Shown here piece after piece: positions 26,494-38,228 of a DNA stretch of 64,000 nucleotides. The number at the start of each line of letters is the position of its first letter. Position 1 is the stretch's first letter. Location of the stretch: NCBI RefSeq assembly GCF_000143415.4, contig NW_003314394.1, forward strand, positions 1 to 64,000, written 5' to 3'. The notes below the pieces were generated by a model that was not told where the DNA came from, did not search any database, and was given only the letters and a program-made list of their open reading frames with translations. Both the position numbers and the translations under genes were made by a program. This DNA comes from Selaginella moellendorffii (Eukaryota > Plantae > Lycopodiophyta).

Positions 26494-29400
26494 TGTAAGG
26501 AACCAACTCCCCGAGGTGTCGAAGGCTAAAGGATCCTCAAAAGCATGACCAAAATGATAAAGAGTTTATTGAATGAGACCGAGTCCGAGACTGAGTTTGA
26601 GACTAAGTCCGAGACCGATATCCGATATCGGGTCTAAGACCGAGTCCGAGATCAAGTCTGAGATAGAGTCCAAGATTGGGTCCAAGACCGAGTCTGAGAT
26701 CAAGTCTGAGACCAAGTCCAAAGTCGAGTCTGAGATTGAGTCCGAGACCGGGTCTGAATACTAATATAGGTCATGGGATGAAAGCCCAAAGTGTGTATCT
26801 AACGGGGGGGAGGCATGCAAGGGATTCCAAAAGTATAGTAGGGATAGTGAGGTCCAAGAACCAATCTTGAAGGAACTCTCTAGTGGTGCTTCCAAACTGA
26901 CTTGAGGTAGGGTCAAGGGGCCTTGGGTGGGAGTGAGCATAGACTTGGGTGGTGCTGGAGGGGCCACCCAAGGAAGTGTTCAAGAGCAACTCCCACTCCC
27001 AGAAAGGAAACGAACTGTAATGCTCCTGACTCATATGGACTAGTGCCCCACTTGAGTACCTTGCAGCTCATTAGTCCTCACCCTTCTTAGAGGCTTGGGC
27101 CTTCCCTTTGAGATGGAATTAGGGGAGTAGAGGTATCCATACCAGGCTATTAGGCCACGGTATTTCCCCTTGGTGTCCCGAGGCAAGTGTTGCACCTAAA
27201 GCTTGGGATTTAGAGGGTCCCATAATCAAGTATTATTATACTAAGGGATGTTAGGGATTTGGAGGCTTGGTGTGTTTGGCTTCTTGTGCTTGCAGAGAGT
27301 GTAGCCAAACATTAAGTCCAATCTAAACCCGTGGATGGATGGCTAATGCTCAATTGCTCATGCAGTGAGTAGCTAAAACCAAGTAGGACCAAGTAAAAGC
27401 TGGTACAATAAGCAGAAACCTTAGTGAGGGAACTTAGCTAAAGCCAAGGCAATGTTGGTTGGATAAACGAGGTAAACTAGCAAATTGGAAAAGAAAAATT
27501 GTGGCTTACAATTTGGTATCGGAGCCTTTTCCTTAGTTCTAATGAAGGATAGAGGTGGATTGCTAGAGATGGCAAAGGTAGGGCATAAAAGAACCAAGGT
27601 GGAGACAGAACCTTCGTCAGAGTTGAAGCCTCCAGTTGGATAGGAGGCTAGGGATAAAGAATCTTTGCATAAGAAGGACTCTAGTGAGGGAACTTCCAAA
27701 TAGGAGTCCGGTGGCAAGGTTCAGTCGTCCAAGGCTTGATTAAACATTCTAGAAGAATAATTGGCACAAACCAATGCCCTACTGGAGACTCTAGTACACA
27801 AGCTAAAGTGTGATAAAAAGTGAAAGAAAAAGCGAAAGATTGTAGATGCTGGCAGCGCAGAAGGTGCTGACCCTTCGGCAGGGATTGAGGCGGAACCAAA
27901 CAAGGTCAAACAAACTGAAGTGAAATCAATCCCTCAAGCAGTTCCGAAGTACAAACCAAAGCCCCCACCGGTGTTCAAGGGAGTGAATAACTATAAGGTG
28001 GTGGAGGATTGGTTTTACAATATGGAGGATTACTTCTGAGCATTGTGGTTACTAAGCTCGGAGAAGGTCCCATGTGCCAAACCATACTTGGTAGATAATG
28101 CCAAGTCTTGGTGGAGAATAACAGAGGCCAACAAAGGACCGGTGGCCACTTGGGAAATGATAAAGGTAAGGATTCATGCGATTTACATAACTCCGAATGC
28201 TATTTTGCACCTAAGTGATGAGCTGAGCAGGCTGAAGCAGACTGGAACCATTCAAAAGTATGTGAATGCATTTATGGCAAAGAGGATACTTGTCATGGAC
28301 ATGGGTGGTATGGATGCATTCTATGCCTTCATATTAGGCTTGCAAACTTGGGCTCGAGGTGAGGTGATGCATTGGAACTCAGCCAATTACAAGAAAGCAT
28401 AGGATGCAGCTATTAAGGTGCATTTCAATGATAACCTGCGAAAGGGAAATACAATGGGGTTTGGGTCCACATTTAGAAAAGGAGCTAAACCAAGGGGGAC
28501 ATATAGCATAGGAAAATTCAAGAAGAGTTTCTTTAAGAATGAGTCCTCAGGCTTTCGAAAAGGTAGATCTGGTGGCCAGCGAGCAAGTATGTGGGGGAGT
28601 CAAGCAAAAAGGGACAAACCCACGGATAGGAAGATCAAGTTTGTTAGTAGCATGGGAAATAACATATGTTTCAATTGTGGTGAAGCGGGACATTTTTCGA
28701 ATGAATGTCTATACCTGAAGAAGGCTAGAGCCAATATGGCCATTAAGTCAGGTTAAATCCAAATAGAGGTATGTGATCTAGTCCCTAACTCAAAGTTACT
28801 CATTACACTAACAACTTTGGTAGAGAGGCTAATGAAGGACCGGTGGCCACTCGGGAAATGATGAAGGCGAGGATCTGCACGACTTACATTCCTCTGAATG
28901 TTACTCTACACCTAAGGGATGAGCTGAGTAGGTTGAAGCAGACAAGAACCATTCATGAGTATGTGAATGGGTTTATGGCAAAGAGGATACTTGTCACAGA
29001 TATGGGTGACATGGATGCATTCCATGCTTTCATATCAGGCTTGCAAACCTAGGCTCGAGGCGAGGTGATGCATTGAAACTCAACCAACTACAAAGAAGCG
29101 TTGGATGGTCTCTTTTTACTTGACTCCCTCACATACTTGCTCACTAGCCACCGGATCTGCCTTTTCGGAACCCCAAGGACTCATTCTTAAAGAAACTCTT
29201 TTTGAATTTCCTTTTGCCATATGTCCCCTTTGGTTTAACCTCTTTGCTAAACATGGACCTCGACCCCGTCGTGTTCCCCTTTCGTAAGTTATCATTGAAA
29301 TACACTTTGATAGCCACATCCAAGCCCACGGATAAGAAGGTTAAGTTTGCTAGTAGCATGGGAAAGAACATATGCTTCAACTGCAAGGAAGCGGGACACT

Positions 29401-32400
29401 TTTCGAAGGAATGTCCATACCCGAAGAAGGCCAGAGCCAATATGGCTATTAAGTCAGGTGAAATCCAAATTGAGGTATGTGATCCAATCCCTAACTCAAA
29501 GTTACTCATTACACGAGCAACTTTAGTAGAGAGTCGTTTGCGACATTTTCTAGCCCTCTGAGGGAAGCTTAGGGGTAGCTTTATTAAGATTTTTATTGAC
29601 ATGGGTGCTTCGGATAATTTTGTGGCTGCAGATATAGTCTGGCAAGCCGGACTAATGGGGCAACGGTTGGGCGAACCAAGGACTATAAAGTTTGTTCAAG
29701 GTAGCCAAAACACCAATGAGATACTTCGATAAGCAAGAGTTGAAGTAGGGACTTAGAAGGTAAACATGGATTTCACCATGTTGCACATGGCGAGATCTGA
29801 CATAATCTTTGGGATGGATTGGTTCAATCAGTTCGTAGTAGCCCTACATATACAAGGTAGGAACCTTGTAGTATTAGCGAATGCCTGAGGAAAACAATCC
29901 AAGGTGGAGGCCTAGGATCTAAAGGTAGGGCAATGTAAGGCCAAAGACTCTTGTTTGAGTCTGGTATCTATGAAAGGACAACTCACTAAAGGAACCAAAA
30001 TAACATTTCTGTGCTTACTTTCGATGAGGAGTGACAAAAAGATGGGATCAAAAGAAGTGCCTTTGGTGATCCAACGGGTGTTAGACTAATTCCAAGATAC
30101 CATGCCGAAAGAGCTATCGGCGGGGTTACTCCCCGAATGATCGATAGAACATAAAATCGAGCTGGTCGAGGGTGCTAAGGCGATGGTTCATCCCCCCTAT
30201 TGGTTGAACACAAAGGAACTCAAGGAGCTCAAATGCCAACTTGAGGAGTTGGTGGAAAAAGGGTATGTTAGGTTGAGCAAGGTGCACCGGTGTTATTTGT
30301 GAAAAAGAAAGATGGATCTATGCCCATGTGCATAAATTACTGGTTGCTCAACAGGTATACAAAGAAGAACAAGTACCCTTTACCAAGGATTGAGGACTTG
30401 TTCGAAAGGCGAAATACTTCTCGAGAATCGACCTAAGGTTAGGATACTACCAGATCAGGGTAGCAGAGGAAGATGTTGAGAAAACAACCTGTCAAACAAG
30501 GTATGAAAGCTTCGAGTTTCTAGTGATGCCCTTTGGGTTGTGCAATGCACCAGCAACATTCTCAGCGTTGATGAACCATATTTTTGTACCCTATCTGGAT
30601 CATTTCGTGATTGTTTACATTGACGACATCTTGATCTATAGCGAGACACTAGAGGATGCCAAACACTTGACGAAGATGTTTAAGAAACTAAGGGAACACT
30701 AGCTGTATGCTAAAGAGAGCAAATGTGACTTTGCTAAAAAAGAGGTAAAGTTTCTCGGGCATGTGGTGGGTAAGGATGGGCTTAAGGTGGACCTTGAGAA
30801 GGTCCAAGCGATCCAGGAATGGGAACGATCATCGAATGTACACGAGTGAAGGGCATTCTTGGGGCTATGCAACTGCTACCAAAAGTTTATCAAACACTAT
30901 TCAAGAGTAGCCCTACCTTTAACGGACCAAATGGGAAAAAAGAAAATGGTATGGATAGTGGAATGAAAGGTGGCATTTGTCCACCTCAAAGGGAAGTTAA
31001 GGAAGGCTCTTATGTTAGTGTTACCAGACTTTGGTAAGGACTTTGAGGTAGAAATGAATGCTTTAGACTTTACATTAGGTGTAGTGTTGAAGCAAGAAAA
31101 CCATCCAGTAACGTTCTTCTTGAAGAAGTTGGACAAGGCTTAGCGAACGTGGCCTGCCCACAAGAAGGAATTGTTTGTGGTGGTCAAGGTGCTCAAGGAG
31201 TGGCGACACTACCTTGGGAGACACTTCAAGGTTTACACGGACAATATGGCAAAGAAACACTTCTTGTCACAGCTTGACTTGAGAGGGAAATAGGGTTGGT
31301 GGGCCAATGCTTTGGCCAAGTTTGATTGTGAGATTCTATACAAGCTTGGGAAGAGCAACATTGTGGCGGATGCTCTAAGTCAAAAAGTGAGCTTAAAGTT
31401 GGCGATATCCAGTGCAATAGCAACATTTTGGGATGATGTGCGGATAGCATATGAGAACAATGGTTTAGCACAAGAAGTGTTGTTGAGGAACCTAGAGGCG
31501 TGAGAAGCTCACCAGAGTGGTGAGCTGCCAACGAAAGAGAAAAACAAGTTATGCAGAACGCAATGGACTCATCTATTATAAACAAATGAGGGTGTATATT
31601 CTAGAAGGGGAACTATGAAAGGTAGCCTTAGAAGAGTGTTATGACGAACCTTTTACGGGATATGGTGGAGTGCCCAAGATGATGGGCTTACTCAAGAGGA
31701 AGTATCACTGGCCAAATATGGCTAAGGACGTCCAAGACTATGTACAGACATGTTTAACATGTCAACAGGTCAAAGTCGTGACTAACACTAGTAGGGGCTT
31801 GTTATAAAGCATCTCAATTCTAGATCGTCTGTGGAAATGTCTTACGATAGACTTCATCACGGGACTCCCCCCAAGTGAGGGGTTCGATGCAATATTTGTG
31901 GTGGTGGACCGATTTTTGAAGATGGCACATTTCATACCCACCATAACGGAAGTGGATGCGGAAGGTGTGGTGAAGCTGTTCTTCGAACAAGTGGTTCGAA
32001 TGCGGGGAAGGCCAAAGGAGATCATCTCAAATCGAGATAAGATCTTCACTAGTAGGTTCTGGAGAACTCTTCTGGAACTGTATCGCACTAAGTTGAAATT
32101 CAGCACAGCCTATCACCCATATACAAGTATTGGGTATTAAGTCAAGTTGGATGGCACTAACACTTTTTGACAGATGGACAAATAGGCAATTGGAGGATTA
32201 TTTGCGATGCTATGTCTCTGGAGACTAAACTAATTGGGTAAGTCATTTGGGACTTGTGGAAATGTGCTATAACAACTCACCACACTCGAGTATCGGGGTG
32301 AGTCCATGGGAAGTCATCAATGAGCGAGCTATTGAAGGTGTTGTGGAACTCGACATGGCTGAGTATCATGGGGAGTTACCCGCAGTGGAGGCATTCACGG

Positions 32401-33838
32401 TGGAAAGACTCAATATTTGGAATCTAGTGAGGGATTCCTTGGAACAGGCTCAACAAAGGCAAACCAAATATGTGAACTAGAAGCGCTGGAATGTAGAGTT
32501 CCAACCTGGGGAGAAGGTGTGGCTGAACACCAAGAACCTAAAGCGACCAAGTGGGATCAATTGGAAACTGACCCAAAGGTAAAATGCATGTATTCATAGA
32601 AATGAATTGATTTTGAGTTCCTTGAGCAAGTTCACGGGGCCTTACGAGATTGAGGCACGAATTGGCAAAGTGGCTTACCGCTTTCATCTTCCTCGAGAGA
32701 TGGGGAAGATGCACCTTGTGTTCCATATGAACTTACTCAAACTGTACTTTGAGGATCTGCTTCGCAAGGACCAAGTAAGACCTTTATCTGAGGTTATCCA
32801 AGGGGAAGAGGAATACGAAGTTAAGGCCATCCTCAATGTGCGCAAGAGCAAGCGACAAGGATGTGAGGTGAGGGAGTTCCATGTGAAGTGAAAAGAATTT
32901 CCACACTATGAAGCAACATGGGAACAAAAGGAGAACTTAGTGAATGCGCGGGATCTAGTGGAGGAATTTTTGCAAGATAGAACTTTATATACTTATGCAA
33001 AATTCAATTAAAGAATCTATTTTAAGAAATTGAGCAATGTCATATATTGGAACCCGAAGGCATGCTGAAGGTAAGCTAATTAGCATGGGTTAGCTAGGTC
33101 CCCTCACCACACCCTAGTATGGGGTTGGGACTTGAACCCAACTTTGCTTTACTAGAGGGTTGGGACTCAAACCCAACCTTTGTAAAATACATCTATGGAT
33201 TCAACATCCCTACAGGGAGTCGGGCGTAGTTTCCTATGCCTGATCGAGGGGTGTAGGGACACTTATACTCTGTTGTCATGGGCTCTTGGCCGGGGAGGCT
33301 AACTTAGGCACACCGCTATGTGGGGGGATGCCCTCGGAGACATGGTCAACAAGTTGTACGATTAAAAAGAGGCGTTCAATGTGGGCATTGAACTTCTTCT
33401 ATGGGTGGTGGAGTTGTAAGGAACCAACTCCCTAAGGTATTGAAGGCTAAAGGATCTCTGAAAGCATAACCAAAATGATAAAGAGTTCATCAGATGAGAC
33501 TAAGTCTGAAATCGAGTCCGAGACTGACTCTAAAACCAAGTTTGAGACCGAGTTCGAGATCAATTCTGAGATTGAGTTTGAGACCAAGTCCGAGACCGAG
33601 TTAAAGACCGAGTTTGAGATCCGATATCAGGTCTGAGATGCAATTTGAGATCAAGTCCGAGACAGAGATTGAGATTAGGTCCGAGATTGAGTTTGAGATC
33701 GAGTCCAAATACTAATATAGGTCGTGAGGTGAAAGCCCAAAGTGTGTGTCTCCTAGGGGGAGGGGGGGGGGGTTGTAAGGGGTTCCAAAAGTATAGTAGG
33801 GATAGTGAGGTCTAGGAATCAATTTTGAAGGAACTCTC
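26494..33838 (+). mobile_element. Near full-length Ty3/gypsy chromovirus (dead): 5' LTR 26494-27510, gag-PR-RT-RH-INT-CHD, 3' LTR 33415-33838 truncated
   Basis: TGTAAG...CTTACA LTR, PBS TGGTATCGGAGCC 27514-27526, CFNCGEAGHFSNEC knuckle, FIDMGASDNF protease, MPFGLCNAP and YIDD RT, VVDRFLKMAHF / STAYHP integrase, GPY, EEEYEVKAIL chromodomain, PPT GGGTGGTGGAG 33403-33413. Many stops. Confidence 0.95.
27514..27526 (+). promoter_or_regulatory. Primer binding site (tRNA-iMet)
   Basis: TGGTATCGGAGCC 3 nt after the LTR end. The canonical plant iMet PBS is TGGTATCAGAGC. Confidence 0.9.
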
Positions 33839-33849
33839 CAAAGTATATC

Positions 33850-36650
33850 AGGAACATAAAGTATTATTAACTAGCAAGAAAAGTTCTTGCGAATGTATCA
33901 CCTAAAGGAAATAACATGCAATTTAACAAAACCAACTTGAGTAATAATCAACAAAATAAAATGAATACAATCTATAATATCCTTTTCTACACATCCATAA
34001 GTTAAACTTCATAATGCAAAACTAATGAAGAGTATGTTACACATTAATCCAAAAGCTAAGCATAACTAAGTTATGCACAAGAAGTGATTATTAAACCAAT
34101 CCTCCATGAATCCACGTATAGCAAGATATATTTTACTATATAACAAGCACAAGAGAAATCATTAATGATCAATATATCCCCAACTTAAGTCCATAAAGAA
34201 TTTAAACATTTTAATATCAATCACTAACTCTTCCTCTCGTAAAGTTAGTATAGTCCATGACTAAATCACTTTTCAAGGAAAAGCTAAAGCTCAACCTTTA
34301 TTAAACTATAGCCAAATCATCAACACTATCTACATCAAGATTAATGAAACTCAATATTAATCCTATGGAAAGACATTTCATCTTATTTGAATCTCAACAT
34401 TAATAATGTTAACGACAAGACATCATTTCAATGCCATCAACATCAAAACAAAGCTAAAAGAAAGCAAGAGTGAATTACCACTCAAAGCTCTCTAATAACC
34501 AAGCTAACCAAAGTCAAAGATACCTTAATTAGTATTTGAGACCAATCCTTCTACAATACTCAGCTATAGATAACACATTATTAAAGAGTGCATCACCACA
34601 TCCAAAACTCAATAAAATCCAACACCACGAACTAAATGCAATCAAAGGATATTGACATGAAAAAACCATGCAAGTTTAATGACACAATCCTTTACAATAC
34701 TATTCGGTAAAGCAAATTTATCACTACTAAATCATTATTAAGCAAAACAAGTGTCAAAAGTCCTCAACAAAGTCTATAAGTAACTAATAATCACTTTTCA
34801 ACTTGCCTTTTACAAAATTCAAACACTAAACTCATGTTATTGAGTCATTTACTTGTCCAACAAGAAGGTAACACCCTAAGTACAAGTAGACAAATATGAA
34901 TTAAATGACCACTCAAATCCAACTCAACTGCAATAAAGTCACTTATACGTCTAGCCAATAGCTCTAAGTATGCCTTGAAGAGGCTAGCTATACATGGCCA
35001 ATACTCAGCGAAAACTAAAGAGAAGACCATGAGATAAACTCATATTAGTACACAACCTTCTAATAGTCAAAGCTATAGTACAAGTACTAACATTTTAACC
35101 TCAAACAACTAAATTGGACATCATTATCCTCAATTAGGGTGTAAAGTTACTAAAACCAAGTTAAGATCAGTGAGAATTCACTACTTTTATAAAGTATAAC
35201 AAAATGCAAGGTGTAACCTACCACCACACTAACTCCAAACTCTATCCAGCTCAATTGCTTTAGCCCCAAAAGTCAACATCCCTTTTGGGTTGCATCATAC
35301 AAATTACGTACTAAATTCTAAGCTAACCAAAGTCAACTCTAACCTCTTCACTAGTCTTTATTGGTTTACGAAAATGAATGGTTTTTGAGCAAAATGATTA
35401 ACAGATCAGCCATTGGAAAAACTTAAGAAAATTTGTGGAAAATTTTTCATCCTAGAAAAAGAATGACTCTCAGTCTAAGAATACAAACTTTCAAGACTCA
35501 ATCAACTTCCTTCTACTAACAACTTCACATAAGTTCACCTCAATACAAATTCTTATGATCTAATAATATGTCTAAGCATCGAGCATTTTGCCTATATTTT
35601 TTACATCTAACATTGACATTTGCAAAATGTAAATGAATATCCAAGACCCAATCATTAAACCATATTTTTAGATATCCATATTGCACTAACACTCTTCTTC
35701 AACCACCTTCAAGATCTAATCTGAAGCCAAAACATTAACAAGAAAAATGATATAAAAATTCAAGATCTAAGGAAAATTCTTTATCACTCAAAATAACAAT
35801 TTCAATTCCACTAACACAAGTGCTAGTGATGTTAATGCTTCAACTACACATTTTCTCCATCCAGCAATCTACTCCAAATGCTAATAAATAAACCAATAAG
35901 CTATAGCAAGTGAATATTATAACTTTTTCCAACACCTCAATGTGCAAACACTTAAGGAAACAAGGTACCAACTTAAGCTTAGAATAATGGATTAACATTC
36001 AGAATCCAGTCAAAGCTACTATAACACTACTACTTGCAAATAAACTAGTTTCACCATGAACCACTTTGGGGTTGATCATCATTTAACCAAGTAACTTTGT
36101 AAACATATTGCTCACTATCACATAGATATGATATAAAAATCATAATGACTTGATTATCAATTGAGCAACACCATGAGCAAGCCCATATCATTATTTCAAA
36201 AGTTTATGTGAGTATCAAATGCCAACTTTATTTGACAAAATGCAACATAAATGCCACACCCCACCAATAGAGATCTACAATACCGAATACCATTAATTTC
36301 ATGCATAACTTAGACAAGCTCATGCCACTCTCTTTCTGATCAAACTCAAAATTAATCTAACACCAAGCTAATCAAGGTGCAATAGCAAGGTTCCCTGTCT
36401 TTAATAGCAAACCTAAACAAAATGGTTTAGCACTTCACTGTTATCCATCTTATGACTCACCACTTGTAAAACCACCACAACCAACATGTATCAAGATAGA
36501 GACTCTTGATTGCATACTGTGAACAAGAATAATGATTTAACACTTTCTTATAAATCATCTTTCTAAGAAGAAAAGATGATTTATGTGTTTGATCTTTGTT
36601 CTTGATGATTTTCTTTTCAATCTCAACTTTGACTAAACCTCAAGTTTACA
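33850..36650 (-). mobile_element. Heavily decayed Ty1/copia pol
   Basis: On -: DWILN (WILDS-like protease, ~36000), LTFGAKA (FWAEA-like integrase, ~35270), SLYGLK (34198-34184) and YILLYVD (~34130-34110) RT motifs, in copia order PR-INT-RT. Confidence 0.65.
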
Positions 36651-38228
36651 TTTGCACTACTTTCAATCCAATTCAAGAAAAGTTTATGAGAGAGCACAAC
36701 AATAACTACTTGAACTGTTAGGGCATGGCCATTGAGAGAGTGAGAGAAAGAGAGGGAATATTTTGATCCTCAGAATATTCCTCATCTTCCTTCCATGCCC
36801 CAGAAGGGCAAGAGGGGGGGCACTTTGTGAAGAGTATTGAAATATTTCTCGTGTTTAAGTGAGTGTTGGCCTTCCCTCAACAAATGGTGAACCCAACGTG
36901 ACACGCAGCACTTTCTGAGACATCATTTTTTTCTTTTTCTTTTGGCCGCAGACTTTGGGAACTAATTTCTTATTCATCTTGTGGTGGTTTTGTTTGATCT
37001 TAGGCGTTTTGGATAGGTCTGGAGCTCCTCTTTCCAACAAGGTATGGCACTCATCAAGCCGTGCAGTATTTGAAGAGATACAACATTTCTTGGCTCAATT
37101 GGATGAACATTTTGGGGTTTTCACTTTCTCGCTTAGATCCTCGGCCCAATTTCTTAAGGTAGTGCATTTGGGCTTGTAGATCTGGCCTAGATCTATGAGT
37201 AGTGGTGATTCTTGGCACTAAATTTGGGTGAATTGATGGCATGCAAAAGGATTTTCTTCTCTGGCTAGATTGGGTCATGTTTGTAGCAGGAATTCGTGCT
37301 TCTTCGGGCTTTGTTTTGGATGCCATTTGTTTCTAGAAGTGCTTCAGATCCTAGGCTTTATGAAGATACCAACGGCACCCTAGTATCGATCTACATCAGT
37401 GACATACACATGTTTTTCCACAATATTGGTGTTCTGGGTTACCTCTTCTTGGATCTTGGGGAATATTGAGGTGGCTTCTTCCCAAATTCCTACGATAGAG
37501 GTAGACGGGGCTGAGCCCTTTCCAACGAGCCCACCAATAGTCAAAATGGGGAAGGATCAAGACTAGAGGATTCATTTTTCTCTTTTGGGCTAAACTTTGT
37601 TGGGGGTTCCTTGGGAACAAATCAGTCTTCAAGGAACAGATAGGCGTAGGAATAAGAACAGGAGTTGGTGTAGGAACAGGAACAGGAGGAGCAAGAACAA
37701 GAGTTGGCATAGAAATAGGGACAGTAGGAGCAAGCATAGGGATAGCAGTTGGTGTTGGAGCAGGCACAAGAGTAGGAGCGAGAATAGGGGGTTACTGGTT
37801 ATAAGTTACAGGTTATAGGTTACAGGTCCCCAGTTACTGGTTATGAGTTACCAGTTACTAGCTACTCTAGCAATTACCCTATAGGTCAATGGTTACATGT
37901 GCTTGAGGCCTACATCTCCTTTCATTTTGACCCTTATTTCTCTTCGTCACAGGCATTTTGGGCAACTTTGTGCAACTTGAGCACAAGTCTACAATCTTCT
38001 TGCTCCTATCAACCTAGTTGCCTTGACCAGGCATTTGCAGTGTTCAAGGTATTTGATGCCAATACAAATTAGACGTGCGACAAATTGCACCCTTTCACCA
38101 TACCTCAAGGCCTTAAGGTATGGAGTAAACTTTCTAACATCCAAAGGTAGCTTAGGTATGACACAGCACCTTCTTGAGCCAAGTCCTCTTTATCCTCGGA
38201 AGATTCCAGTGACTTAGATCTACGAGCT

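Noticed and set aside
36716-37950. Possible LTR/leader of the Tat-like element and a Pro-rich - strand ORF (37396-37767)
   Set aside because: No partner LTR or convincing PBS. The ORF is a low-complexity repeat.
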